Shown: one piece after another, positions 8,821 to 18,790 of the stretch
How the letters are laid out: the number at the start of each line of letters is the position of its first letter
How positions within the stretch are numbered: the stretch's first letter is position 1
DNA from: Spirochaetia bacterium
Lineage (GTDB): Bacteria > Spirochaetota > Spirochaetia > UBA9216
Reading direction: 5' to 3'
NCBI GenBank assembly: GCA_963675665.1
Contig: OY776510.1
Span: forward strand, 3,360,001 to 3,424,000
DNA: 64,000 bases
Position numbers and translations under genes: made by a program
The notes under the pieces: model-generated
The model's database searches: none
What the model was told of the DNA's origin: nothing
Seen by the model: the letters and a program-made list of their open reading frames with translations, nothing else

Positions 8821-10047
8821 ATGAAAAAGCATCTTGGTGAAATCTATAAAAGCGGCAGAATAGTACCCTTTCTTTTATCCATGATGATGTTCGGAATTGT
8901 TCTTGGTTTGTATAACGGGGTATTCAATAACTATCTTCATGATATTTTGAATTTCAGCAAACTTGAAAGAGGCTGGCTGGAGGCGCCGAGGGAATTGCCT
9001 GGTCTTCTGTTGTTTGTTTTGCTTGCGGTACTTAACAGGTTTTCGGAAATAAAACTTATAAGACTGGCTTTTTTAATGTCTGCTGTCGGAATGTGCGGAA
9101 TAATACTCTTCGGTGAATCGAAAACGCTGGTAATAATGATGATAATAGCATTCAGTACCGGTGAACATATTATGATGCCGGTAAGACAGTCGGTAGGTCT
9201 GCACATGGCGAAAACCGGTAAGTCCGGGCTTGCCCTTGGGGTTATAAGGTCTTTCGGGAACGCAGGTCAGGCTGCAGGTTACTATATCGCACCTCTGATT
9301 TTGCTTGTTTATTCCGCTATAAGCGGGAAGAAAGAAACAGGATTCAGTCACTACAGGATTGTTTTTCTGACCGGATTTATTATTCTTATAACGGCTCTGA
9401 TAATTACAACACGGATTAGACAGACCGGTGAAAAGGTCAATAGAAAAAAAATCTATATACGAAAAAAATATACACGTTATTACCTGCTGGAAGTATTTTT
9501 TGGAGCAAGGAAGCAGGTGTTCATTACTTTTGCCCCGTATGTATTAATTACAGTGTACGGTGCGGGTCCTAAACTGATTTCGATTCTTTACGGTATATGG
9601 TCCCTGCTTAATATTTTTGTAGGTCCTTTTATAGGCAGACTTATAGACAGGGCCGGGTACAAGATCGTGCTGATAGTGGATGCTGTTGTATTAATTTTTA
9701 TATGTTTATTTTACGGTTTTGCGCATAGAATATTTTCATTTGAGACTGCCTATATTGTTATTTGTATAGTATTTGTTCTTGATTCTGTTATGTTTGCATT
9801 CGGAATGGCCAGAGACATGTATGCGCGTAGTCTTTCAGATACAAAAGAAGAACTGACGACAACGCTGGCTACAGGATTATCTGTCAACCATTTGATAAGC
9901 ATCGGGATAGCCGTTTTCGGCGGCTTTTTATGGCAGAGCCTTGGCATTGAATACCTTTTCGGTTTTGCCGCTATTCTTGGAGCGGGGTCGCTTGTTTTTT
10001 CCTGTTTGCTGCATAAACCGGAAAAAGTATTGAAAGAATTCAGTTAA
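8821..10047 (+). CDS. MFS transporter
   Basis: 408 aa, about 12 hydrophobic segments, GRLIDRAGYK MFS motif A. Confidence 0.85.
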   Translation: MKKHLGEIYKSGRIVPFLLSMMMFGIVLGLYNGVFNNYLHDILNFSKLERGWLEAPRELPGLLLFVLLAVLNRFSEIKLIRLAFLMSAVGMCGIILFGESKTLVIMMIIAFSTGEHIMMPVRQSVGLHMAKTGKSGLALGVIRSFGNAGQAAGYYIAPLILLVYSAISGKKETGFSHYRIVFLTGFIILITALIITTRIRQTGEKVNRKKIYIRKKYTRYYLLEVFFGARKQVFITFAPYVLITVYGAGPKLISILYGIWSLLNIFVGPFIGRLIDRAGYKIVLIVDAVVLIFICLFYGFAHRIFSFETAYIVICIVFVLDSVMFAFGMARDMYARSLSDTKEELTTTLATGLSVNHLISIGIAVFGGFLWQSLGIEYLFGFAAILGAGSLVFSCLLHKPEKVLKEFS

Positions 10048-10050
10048 TGA

Positions 10051-11010
10051 TTACATAATAATACCGAGTTCTGTAATGTCAGTTTCACAATTACTGCATA
10101 AGCCGTCCGTTATTCCTGTAATCCGGGTGTGATAAGCGCTTCGGTTGATAAGTTCGTTTCCGCATGAAGGGCATTTTGTATTTTGCACGCCGCCGGTAAT
10201 ATTACCTGTGAAAACAAACGGAAGATATTCGGAAGCCTTTTCGGCAAGCAATACAAGGCGGCCGGGGTCGGTGGGCGGCGCTGAGTACTTATAAGCCGGG
10301 TAATATGCTGAAAGATGGTAAACAATATTTTTATCAAATGATGCGAGAAACCCGGCTGCAGCCGAGATTTCTTCCAGGCTGTCGTTTTTACCTGGAATAA
10401 CAAGGGTAGTTACCTCCGTGTGCACAGACTCCGCGGCAGCTCTGATGAAATCGAGTACAGGCTCAAGACGTCCGCCGAGTTCCATACGGTAGAAATCATC
10501 GCTGAAGGATTTAAGATCAATATTGACCGCGTCAATATTTTCAAGAAATTTATTTGTTTTAAAATCATTTATATAGCCGTTTGTAACAAGAACATTTTTT
10601 AAACCTTTTTTCGAAGCAATTTTTGAAGCATCAATAATGTACTCGTAATGAACAACAGGCTCACTGTATGTGTATGCGATTCCGAAAGAACCTTCGGAAA
10701 CTGCGGTTTCGACAAGCTGCTCAGGGGAAGTAATCCGGCCGGAAGGTTTCGGGAATTCCTTTGATATATGGTAATTCTGACAGAACGGGCAGGAGAGACT
10801 GCAGCCGTAGAAACCGGCCGATAAAATACTGCTGCCGGGGTAAAAGTGGTATAGGGGCTTCTTTTCTATCGGATCAACAGACAGCGCGGACAACATACCG
10901 TAACAGGGAAGTTCAATCCGGTCCCCGCTGCATTTCCTGACGCCGCATATACCGAAATCATTTTCTTTAATAAGACATTTATTCGGACATATATCACAGC
11001 GGCAGGACAT
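10051..11010 (-). CDS. amrS: AmmeMemoRadiSam-system radical SAM enzyme
   Basis: N-terminal CDICPNKC...CGVR, DPIEKKPLYHFYPG, CxxxCxxC (CSLSCPFC), AYTYSEP, C-terminal CPSC...CSNC. Confidence 0.85.
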   Translation of the reverse strand: MSCRCDICPNKCLIKENDFGICGVRKCSGDRIELPCYGMLSALSVDPIEKKPLYHFYPGSSILSAGFYGCSLSCPFCQNYHISKEFPKPSGRITSPEQLVETAVSEGSFGIAYTYSEPVVHYEYIIDASKIASKKGLKNVLVTNGYINDFKTNKFLENIDAVNIDLKSFSDDFYRMELGGRLEPVLDFIRAAAESVHTEVTTLVIPGKNDSLEEISAAAGFLASFDKNIVYHLSAYYPAYKYSAPPTDPGRLVLLAEKASEYLPFVFTGNITGGVQNTKCPSCGNELINRSAYHTRITGITDGLCSNCETDITELGIIM

Positions 11011-11741
11011 CAGGCTTTCACTGTAGAATGGGTTTTATAAACAAGAGAATCAAGATAATCGATAAAACAGTCACGATCAGCCTCATCAAAATCCACGAAC
11101 CTGAAACTGATGCTCTTGTTGTTTCTGACTACCCTGACGCCGACAGAGCAGGTATAGTCGCTGAAACGGATTGAGCAGGCGGGGATATTTATACCTTCGC
11201 GGATATCGGATGTAAGTTGAGGCCTGTCGGGATCAAATCTCAAACCGTCAAAGGACAAATCGGAAACTGTTCCGGTAATAAGAGTGAAATTGTCGGGATG
11301 GTTAAAAAGAAATTCAACATTCTTGTAAAGTGCTGTGTTAAACCTTCTCGGACCTCTGTTGTCTTCGTGAACAAGGTATCTTGAAAGAATAGTCTCAAGC
11401 TGGGTGATTTCAAGTGGACTTTGAAAATCTTCGGAAATTACGCCGCTGACTGAAAGACTTCCCGCTTTAAGAACTTCTTCATCGTTAAAAGATTCACCGC
11501 TTAAAATTATAAATACGGATTTTTCACGTTTGAATAATTGTCTTAGGACCAGCAGAAACGGTTTCCAGTGCCTGGGAAAATCTTCGGCATTAAAGAGAAC
11601 GGCCTCCGGTTCGATTTCGGCAAGGTTATCCATTGCTTTAAGCGGGTTATCGTAAACGATAACATCGTATCCAAGCCGGTTAAAATGCGACAAAACTCTT
11701 TTTCGGGTTTCCTCTTTAGCTGTTACAAGAAGTAATTTCAT
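11010..11741 (-). CDS. Receiver-like plus PilZ domain protein
   Basis: N-terminal (beta/alpha) receiver-like pattern; RGPRR (RxxxR) and DLSFDG (DxSxxG) PilZ motifs. Confidence 0.7.
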   Translation of the reverse strand: MKLLLVTAKEETRKRVLSHFNRLGYDVIVYDNPLKAMDNLAEIEPEAVLFNAEDFPRHWKPFLLVLRQLFKREKSVFIILSGESFNDEEVLKAGSLSVSGVISEDFQSPLEITQLETILSRYLVHEDNRGPRRFNTALYKNVEFLFNHPDNFTLITGTVSDLSFDGLRFDPDRPQLTSDIREGINIPACSIRFSDYTCSVGVRVVRNNKSISFRFVDFDEADRDCFIDYLDSLVYKTHSTVKA

Positions 11742-12688
11742 TCCGTCCCCAGGTTTCTGACATCATAATCATAAATATACCAGATATTATTGTCGCGGTG
11801 AAGATAATACAGGTACTCCTTGATTTCAATAAAGCCGGTGTATTGAAATTTCTCTATTACTTTTACTTCAGCTTCGTAATCGGTATATGTGGTACGCTGG
11901 ATATCATAATCAAGAGGTATCATAACAATATCGGAATCAACTGTTTCATTAAGCAAAAGGTTGCGATAGTTCTGAATCTCGGTAATTCTGTCCTGCTGTG
12001 ATAACCTGCGGTATCGTTCAGCATTTGACTGGCTTCTGAGATAAAGACCTTCAAGATCAAGGTAAAGAAGGAATTTATTCCATTGGCTTTTTTGCCTGGC
12101 TGAAAGAATATAATCGATAACTTCATCCGGCGGGACCGGGTTGGCTTTAATAATTTCACCGGTTTCATAGTCGATTAAATCCTGAATTTCAGCAGTCGAC
12201 GATGCCGGGCGAAGATTGAGCGTGAGATTGTTGGAAACATAATAACGAGAGTCCGAATTAGTATAAAGTTCAGGATAGAAACGTGCGTTCAAAATAAAAA
12301 CGCCGGCTTCGGTCATATCAGTAAAATCAGACAACTCAACAACAATTGAATAAGTTTCACCCGGCGAAAGGCTTATTTCACGGAAGAACACCTGTTGATT
12401 AGTGCTTCTATCCATGATAAATTCCTGCGAGCGGTTCAACTGTCTGTTTGTAAGCGTTTTAACGATAAATTCATAATTAAAACAGCGTAATTCAGAAGAT
12501 TTGAATCTGAAAGTATCGGGGCTGTTGTTTATAATTTCCAGCTTTATTTTTACAGGACTGTCGGTATAGTAGATTTTTTTATCATAATATCTGATTCTAA
12601 CTTCAATTTGATCAGAAAAAGCCGGCAAAAACGCGGAGAAAATGAAAACCAATGTTAACAATAGAAATAAGTATTTCTTCAACTTCAT
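11738..12688 (-). CDS. Conserved hypothetical exported protein
   Basis: Signal peptide MKLKKYLFLLLTLVFIFSAFLPAFS; start moved to 12688 (AAGGA SD, avoids overlap with mfd). Confidence 0.7.
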   Translation of the reverse strand: MKLKKYLFLLLTLVFIFSAFLPAFSDQIEVRIRYYDKKIYYTDSPVKIKLEIINNSPDTFRFKSSELRCFNYEFIVKTLTNRQLNRSQEFIMDRSTNQQVFFREISLSPGETYSIVVELSDFTDMTEAGVFILNARFYPELYTNSDSRYYVSNNLTLNLRPASSTAEIQDLIDYETGEIIKANPVPPDEVIDYILSARQKSQWNKFLLYLDLEGLYLRSQSNAERYRRLSQQDRITEIQNYRNLLLNETVDSDIVMIPLDYDIQRTTYTDYEAEVKVIEKFQYTGFIEIKEYLYYLHRDNNIWYIYDYDVRNLGTE

Positions 12689-12710
12689 ATCCTTATTTTC
12701 GGAATAAAAC

Positions 12711-15700
12711 ATGATAAATTTATTTTTTAATAAAATAAAGGAAAAACTGCGGGAATACAAACCATTTTCTCAATTAGATGAAAAGATCAGTAAAAAAAGT
12801 TACCCGATTGAAGTTGAAGGTGTAGAAGGGCTTTTTAAATCTGTTTTGCTTGCGTCAGTTGCCGATGAATCAGGTTGCGCTCTAACCATAGTAGCGTCGG
12901 ATGAAAAGGAATGTGAAGCAATCCAAAGAGATCTTGAAGTTCTTGGTAAAGAATCATTGTTCTTTAACGGCTATAACAAAAGCGTATACAGTCTCGGGAA
13001 AATTCAGAGTTCGGTACTCGGAGAGCGAATGCGGATAATGTCCGAGATGCAGAATAATCAAAACAGAATAGTCATAACCACCCTGAGAACTTATCTCAGT
13101 CCTTTGCCGCCACCTGAATTTATTAAATCGCTGATGTTGAGAGTAAAAAAAGGCGATGATATCGATTCCGAAAAAATGGAAAATATGCTGGTTGAATATG
13201 GCTATATGAGAGTCCCAAGGGTGAGTGTTCATGGTGAATTCGCATTAAGGGGTGAAGTCCTTGATATATATATAGCAGGACATGATGACCCGGTTAGAAT
13301 TGTGTTTGAATTTGACCAGGTTGAAGAGATAAAAAAGTTTGATCCGCTGACTCAAAGGTCTATTGAAAAAGCTGATTTTGCAGATATCATTCCAGTCAAG
13401 GAATTTATCTGGTCGGAAGAGAGGATTCTGGGGCTTAAATCCAGGCTTTACGGAAGAGAATTCGGCAATACGGAGGAAATCGAACCGCTTCTTGAAGAAC
13501 TTAAAGAAAGAAAAGAGACCGAATATGATGAATTAATTTTTCCGCTGAGTTTTGATTATATGGCCAGGCTTTCTGATTATAATAATGACAGCGGAATAAC
13601 TGTATTCTGCGGAATTGAGAATCTTTCAAGGTTATACGGTCAGATCAGACAGGAATACAATAAACTGTATTCGGCAACAAGAATAACCGAAGATAACCCC
13701 GTCGGACGATTTTTCCCTCATCCTTCCGAGATATTATTCGATTTTGATGAAGCCGTAGAAAAGACGGAGAACCGGCTGGTAATTGTCAATCTGCGCGATC
13801 CGGAGAAAATTGAAAAAAGAATCGATTTCCTGTATAACGGACCGCGGGCATTTTTTGGAAACATATCTTATTTTCGTGAGGAATTGAAATCTCTTTTAAA
13901 TGCAGGGTATCAGGTAGATATTTTTGCTGAATCACAAACACAGTCGGAAAGAATAAAATATCTTCTTAAGGATTATAAGGTAACGGTTTATTCCGAAGGA
14001 ATAACTTCCGGTTTTTCTCTTCCTGAACTGAAAATTATCTGTATTGCCGAGAGCGAAATATTCGGACGACGACGGAAACTTCCGCCTTCAATAAAAAAAG
14101 CTAAAAGCGAAGCAATAGAAACATTTGTAGATTTGAATCCGGGCGATTTTATTGTTCATATTAATCACGGAATAGGTCTTTTCAAGGGAATTGACAGAAT
14201 AAGCACAAAAAAGACAGAGCGTGATTATATTAAACTGGAATATTCTGATGATGAAATGGTTTTTTTGCCGATTGAACAGGTGAATATGATCCAGAGGTAT
14301 ATCGGAAATGAAGGAAGGCCTCCGGCGCTCGATAGGATTGGCGGTAAAGCGTGGGAGAATCGCAAAAACAAGGTCAAAAAATCTGTTGAAGATCTTGCTG
14401 ACATGCTTATAAAACTGTATTCGGAGAGAAAAGAAGCTGTCGGTTACGCCTTTCCGAAAGATACCGACTGGCAGATTGAATTTGAAGCAGCATTTCCATA
14501 CCAGGAAACTGAAGACCAGTTGACCTGCATTGATGAAATAAAGAATGACATGGAAATCCCTGCACCGATGGACAGGCTGGTATGCGGTGATGTCGGGTAC
14601 GGGAAAACCGAGGTTGCAATGAGGGCGGCAATGAAAGCCGTAATCGGCGGACGACAGGTAGCCTTTCTTGCTCCGACAACTATTCTTGCAGAACAGCATT
14701 ATGAAAACTTTACGGAAAGGTTTGAGAGATTTCCCGTTAAAATTGAAATGATTTCAAGATTCGTAAAGCGGAAGGCCCAGAAGGAAATTATTGAAAGAAC
14801 TGTTTCAGGAGAGGTTGATATTCTGATTGGGACTCACAGAATCCTGCAGAAAGATGTTAAATATAAACAGCTCGGACTGCTTATCATAGATGAAGAACAG
14901 CGCTTCGGAGTAAAAGACAAGGAAAGGCTGAAACAGCTTAAAACAAATATTGACTGTCTGGCTTTATCGGCGACACCGATTCCGAGAACGCTGCATATGT
15001 CGTTGCTTAAGATTAGAGATATGTCTCTTTTAAAAACAGCACCTAATAACCGCAGGCCTATCGAAACATATATCAGGGAATTTGATGATGAGATAATTGC
15101 AGAAGCGATCAGACGTGAAACGGACAGGGGCGGGCAGGTGTTTTTTCTTCATAACAGGGTTGAAACACTTGAGCAGGTTTTAATGTTTCTGGGAAGGGTC
15201 GTTCCTGAAATTATGGTGGAAACTGCACACGGGCAGATGAGCGCGACTCAGCTTGAAGACGTAATGCATCGGTTTATCAACGGCGCATTTCAGGTGCTTG
15301 TAGCTACTACGATAATAGAAAACGGAATAGATATACCGAATGTAAATACAATTATAATAGATCGGGCTGATAATTACGGTATCTCGCAGTTGTACCAGCT
15401 CAGAGGGCGGGTAGGACGTTCAAACAGAAAATCCTATGCCTATTTGCTGTATCCCGATCAGCGTGCTTTATCGGAAATAGCCATGAAACGATTGCAGGTC
15501 ATATCCGATTTAACGGAACTAGGTTCGGGATTCAAGATAGCCATGAAGGATATGGAAATCAGGGGAGCGGGAAATCTGCTGGGCAGACAGCAAAGCGGCG
15601 ATATAATGTCGGTTGGATTTGATATGTACGTAAAACTGCTTGATGAAGCGGTATCCGAACGTTCAACGGATAAGCATGAACCCCGTGCCCCGGAAGTCTT

Positions 15701-16130
15701 TCTTGATCTTGATTATACCGGTTTTATTCCTGATACCTATATAAATGAATCCGTTGAAAAAATGGAAGTATATAAAAAAATTGCATCGGTTCAGAATGAA
15801 GAGGAACTTGCGGGAGTTAACCAGGAACTGGAAGATCAATACGGACCGCTTCCTGAAGAAGTGCAGAATCTTCTTGCCATTGCAGATATAAGGGCGATGT
15901 CAAAGAAACTGCATATTTCCAGAATCCGGGAACGCAGTGGAAGCATCAGGGTTGAATTTGCTTTTATCAGGGTTATAAACCCGGATAATGTCGCAAGACT
16001 GATTGTTGAGAGCGGCGGGAAAGTTACGATTAATCAGAAAAAAATAAATGAACTCATTATTAAAACTGAGTCAATTAATCTTGCCGAGAAAGCTGAATAT
16101 TTGAGAGACAGGCTCAGCAGGCTTATATAG
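12711..16130 (+). CDS. mfd: Transcription-repair coupling factor
   Basis: UvrB-like N-terminus, RID (VHINHGIG), CGDVGYGKTE, DEEQRFG, QLRGRVGR, TRG motif. Confidence 0.97.
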   Translation: MINLFFNKIKEKLREYKPFSQLDEKISKKSYPIEVEGVEGLFKSVLLASVADESGCALTIVASDEKECEAIQRDLEVLGKESLFFNGYNKSVYSLGKIQSSVLGERMRIMSEMQNNQNRIVITTLRTYLSPLPPPEFIKSLMLRVKKGDDIDSEKMENMLVEYGYMRVPRVSVHGEFALRGEVLDIYIAGHDDPVRIVFEFDQVEEIKKFDPLTQRSIEKADFADIIPVKEFIWSEERILGLKSRLYGREFGNTEEIEPLLEELKERKETEYDELIFPLSFDYMARLSDYNNDSGITVFCGIENLSRLYGQIRQEYNKLYSATRITEDNPVGRFFPHPSEILFDFDEAVEKTENRLVIVNLRDPEKIEKRIDFLYNGPRAFFGNISYFREELKSLLNAGYQVDIFAESQTQSERIKYLLKDYKVTVYSEGITSGFSLPELKIICIAESEIFGRRRKLPPSIKKAKSEAIETFVDLNPGDFIVHINHGIGLFKGIDRISTKKTERDYIKLEYSDDEMVFLPIEQVNMIQRYIGNEGRPPALDRIGGKAWENRKNKVKKSVEDLADMLIKLYSERKEAVGYAFPKDTDWQIEFEAAFPYQETEDQLTCIDEIKNDMEIPAPMDRLVCGDVGYGKTEVAMRAAMKAVIGGRQVAFLAPTTILAEQHYENFTERFERFPVKIEMISRFVKRKAQKEIIERTVSGEVDILIGTHRILQKDVKYKQLGLLIIDEEQRFGVKDKERLKQLKTNIDCLALSATPIPRTLHMSLLKIRDMSLLKTAPNNRRPIETYIREFDDEIIAEAIRRETDRGGQVFFLHNRVETLEQVLMFLGRVVPEIMVETAHGQMSATQLEDVMHRFINGAFQVLVATTIIENGIDIPNVNTIIIDRADNYGISQLYQLRGRVGRSNRKSYAYLLYPDQRALSEIAMKRLQVISDLTELGSGFKIAMKDMEIRGAGNLLGRQQSGDIMSVGFDMYVKLLDEAVSERSTDKHEPRAPEVFLDLDYTGFIPDTYINESVEKMEVYKKIASVQNEEELAGVNQELEDQYGPLPEEVQNLLAIADIRAMSKKLHISRIRERSGSIRVEFAFIRVINPDNVARLIVESGGKVTINQKKINELIIKTESINLAEKAEYLRDRLSRLI

Positions 16131-16147
16131 GATGAAACTTTAAAGAA

Positions 16148-16819
16148 ATGGAAGAAAGAAAGAATATTAAAAGCTATGTGTTACGTGCAAGCAGGATGAG
16201 CAGCGGCCAGAAGAAGGCAATAGAAACCCTGTCTGATAAATACTGTATAGAGTATAAGAGAGAAACTATTGATTTCAGAAATTATTTCAGGCAGGGAGAC
16301 GTATGCATTGAAATCGGATTCGGGATGGGTGTTGCAACTGCTGAAATAGCCGCAAAAAATCCTGATATGAATTATATCGGGATTGAGGTGCACAAACCTG
16401 GGGTTGGAAGGCTGCTTGCGGCTATAGAAAAAACCGGTTTAAAGAACCTGATGATAATAAACCATGATGCCGTAGAGGTTTTAACAGAAATGATACCGGA
16501 TAATTCGATTACAGGAGTTCATATTTTTTTTCCTGATCCGTGGCCGAAGAAGAAGCATCATAAAAGAAGACTGATTAATACTGAATTCGTATCACTGTTG
16601 AGAAAAAAACTGACCCCTGACGGATATATATATGCAGCAACAGATTGGGAAGATTACGCCGGGCAGATGTTGAAAGTTTTCAACAGTGCGAAAGGACTGA
16701 AAAACCAGTTTGATAAATGGGCTGAATCCCCGGTGTGGAGACCGGAAACGGCGTTTGAACGAAAAGGAATTAATAAAAACCATGTAATTCGTGAATTATA
16801 CTATAAACCTGTTAAGTAA
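16148..16819 (+). CDS. trmB: tRNA (guanine-N7)-methyltransferase
   Basis: EIGFGMG, GIEVH, FPDPWPKKKHHKRRL and ATDWEDYA motifs. Confidence 0.95.
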   Translation: MEERKNIKSYVLRASRMSSGQKKAIETLSDKYCIEYKRETIDFRNYFRQGDVCIEIGFGMGVATAEIAAKNPDMNYIGIEVHKPGVGRLLAAIEKTGLKNLMIINHDAVEVLTEMIPDNSITGVHIFFPDPWPKKKHHKRRLINTEFVSLLRKKLTPDGYIYAATDWEDYAGQMLKVFNSAKGLKNQFDKWAESPVWRPETAFERKGINKNHVIRELYYKPVK

Positions 16820-16868
16820 TAATCAAATTTCCTTGCTAATCATAGCTGTTTTGTAATATTATAGCGGA

Positions 16869-18200
16869 ATGAATAAGTACGTAGAAACAGCAATCAGAAA
16901 CAATCAAATAAGTCCTGAGCATTACAAGAAGTATAATGTCAAACGCGGATTAAGAAATGAAGACGGATCAGGCGTCCTGGTCGGTTTGACGGAAATAGGT
17001 GATGTTCACGGTTACATCATGGATGAAAATGAAAAGATCCCGGTTGAAGGCCGGCTGAGATATCGTGGAATCGATGTAAGGGATATGGTTGACGGATTCC
17101 AGGCTGAGGGCCGTTTCGGTTTTGAAGAGGTCATATACCTTCTGTTATTCGGACAGCTTCCGAATAAAAAGGAATTTGATTATTTTTATAATCTGCTTGG
17201 AAAATTCCGTGCTCTGCCGAAAGGTTTTACCGAGGATATGATCCTGAATACGCCGAGTAATAATATAATGAACAAGCTTGCAAGGAGCGTTCTTGCACAT
17301 TATTCGTTTGATGATGCTGCAGAAGACAGTTCGATTGAAAATGTACTTAAGCAGTGTATTTCGCTTATATCCAGATTTCCGGCAATAGTAGCACATTCTT
17401 ACCAGGCTAAAAGTCATTACTATGATCATAACAGCCTGTATATTCATACACCGGATTCCGAGCTCAGTACCGCTGAAAACTTTTTATCAATGATTAGGCC
17501 CGACATGCAGTATACAAAACTTGAATCAGAGCTGCTGGATCTTTGTTTTGTTCTTCATGCCGAGCATGGAGGCGGAAATAACTCGGCGTTTACAATACAT
17601 GTTGTTTCATCTGCAAGTACTGATACATACTCTGCAATAGCGGCCGGCATAGGTTCGCTGAAAGGTGATCGCCATGGCGGAGCGAATATCAAAGTACATA
17701 ATATGTTTGAAAACATAAAAGAAAATGTTAAGGATTGGTCGAACGATAAGGAAATTAAAGACTATCTTGTAAAAATTCTGAACAAGGAAGCCTTTGATAA
17801 CAGCGGACTGATATACGGCCTGGGACATGCGGTTTATACAATTTCAGATCCTCGAGCGGTTTTACTTAAAAATAAGGCTGAAACACTTGCAAAAGAGAAA
17901 GGTATGACCGAGGAATATAACCTGTACCGAAAGGTAGAAGAGCTCGGAGTTCAGGCTTTCAGAGAATATAAAAATATTGATACAACAATGAGCGCAAATG
18001 TGGATTTTTATTCAGGCTTTGTTTACAGACTTCTGAATATACCGACATCTTTATATACTCCTATTTTTGCTATTGCCAGGATAGCCGGATGGAGCGCCCA
18101 CCGGATTGAAGAGCTTGTGAAGGGCGGTAAAATAATGCGTCCCGCCTTCAAGGCTGTTGCAACTCCGAAACCTTACATCCCTCTGGCTGAACGAAATTAA
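16869..18200 (+). CDS. gltA: Citrate synthase (citrate/2-methylcitrate synthase family)
   Basis: LHAEHGGGNNS, HGGAN, GLGHAVY..DPR and NVDFYSG motifs. Confidence 0.9.
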   Translation: MNKYVETAIRNNQISPEHYKKYNVKRGLRNEDGSGVLVGLTEIGDVHGYIMDENEKIPVEGRLRYRGIDVRDMVDGFQAEGRFGFEEVIYLLLFGQLPNKKEFDYFYNLLGKFRALPKGFTEDMILNTPSNNIMNKLARSVLAHYSFDDAAEDSSIENVLKQCISLISRFPAIVAHSYQAKSHYYDHNSLYIHTPDSELSTAENFLSMIRPDMQYTKLESELLDLCFVLHAEHGGGNNSAFTIHVVSSASTDTYSAIAAGIGSLKGDRHGGANIKVHNMFENIKENVKDWSNDKEIKDYLVKILNKEAFDNSGLIYGLGHAVYTISDPRAVLLKNKAETLAKEKGMTEEYNLYRKVEELGVQAFREYKNIDTTMSANVDFYSGFVYRLLNIPTSLYTPIFAIARIAGWSAHRIEELVKGGKIMRPAFKAVATPKPYIPLAERN

Positions 18201-18218
18201 ACAAATACGGGACGCAGT

Positions 18219-18246
18219 AAACCGGACAGCAATGTCCGGTTTTTTT
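18219..18246 (+). terminator. Intrinsic terminator after gltA
   Basis: AAACCGGACA-GCAA-TGTCCGGTTTTTTT. Confidence 0.9.
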
Positions 18247-18292
18247 AATTAATACATATTGCCGGTTAAAACAGGATAAATTCCTTATAAAT

Positions 18293-18321
18293 TTGACGAA
18301 CTGAAACATCTTTCTTATTCT
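18293..18321 (+). promoter_or_regulatory. Sigma70-type promoter of pdh operon
   Basis: TTGACG-17 bp-TATTCT followed by AAGGAG SD. Confidence 0.6.
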
Positions 18322-18339
18322 ATATATAAGGAGCGTTTT

Positions 18340-18786
18340 ATGGATAAAAGTGGATTAATCAAGCTGGCGGCAAAAATTCTCTTCGATACTAAAACAGCTG
18401 TGCTCTCAACTGTAGGCGAAGAAGGCCAGCCCAGAATGCGATGGATGTCGCCTGTTTTTCTGGACGGCTACGCTGAGCGTATTTTTGCCGTCACATCAAC
18501 CGGGTTTAAGAAAGCCTCAGATATAAATGAAAATGGAAAAGTTCAATGGATGTTTCAAAGCAGATCTCTGGATACGGTAATCACTATTGAAGGAGAAAGC
18601 AGGATAATCGAAAATCTGTCTCTAAAAAATGAAGTTCTTGAAGCAGTAGGAAAACAGCTTCAGACATACTGGAAGATTAATAAAGACCCGTCAACATCGA
18701 CTGTCATAGAAACTGAAATAAAATCTGCTGTGGTATTTTATCCTGTTGAAGGCGTTAAACATAAAGTAACGTTCGAAAAGGGGTAG
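18340..18786 (+). CDS. Pyridoxamine 5'-phosphate oxidase-like (FMN-binding split barrel) protein
   Basis: AVLSTVGEEGQPRMRWM, T.....K..DI..N.KV and ITIEG motifs. Confidence 0.75.
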   Translation: MDKSGLIKLAAKILFDTKTAVLSTVGEEGQPRMRWMSPVFLDGYAERIFAVTSTGFKKASDINENGKVQWMFQSRSLDTVITIEGESRIIENLSLKNEVLEAVGKQLQTYWKINKDPSTSTVIETEIKSAVVFYPVEGVKHKVTFEKG

Positions 18787-18790
18787 TGAA

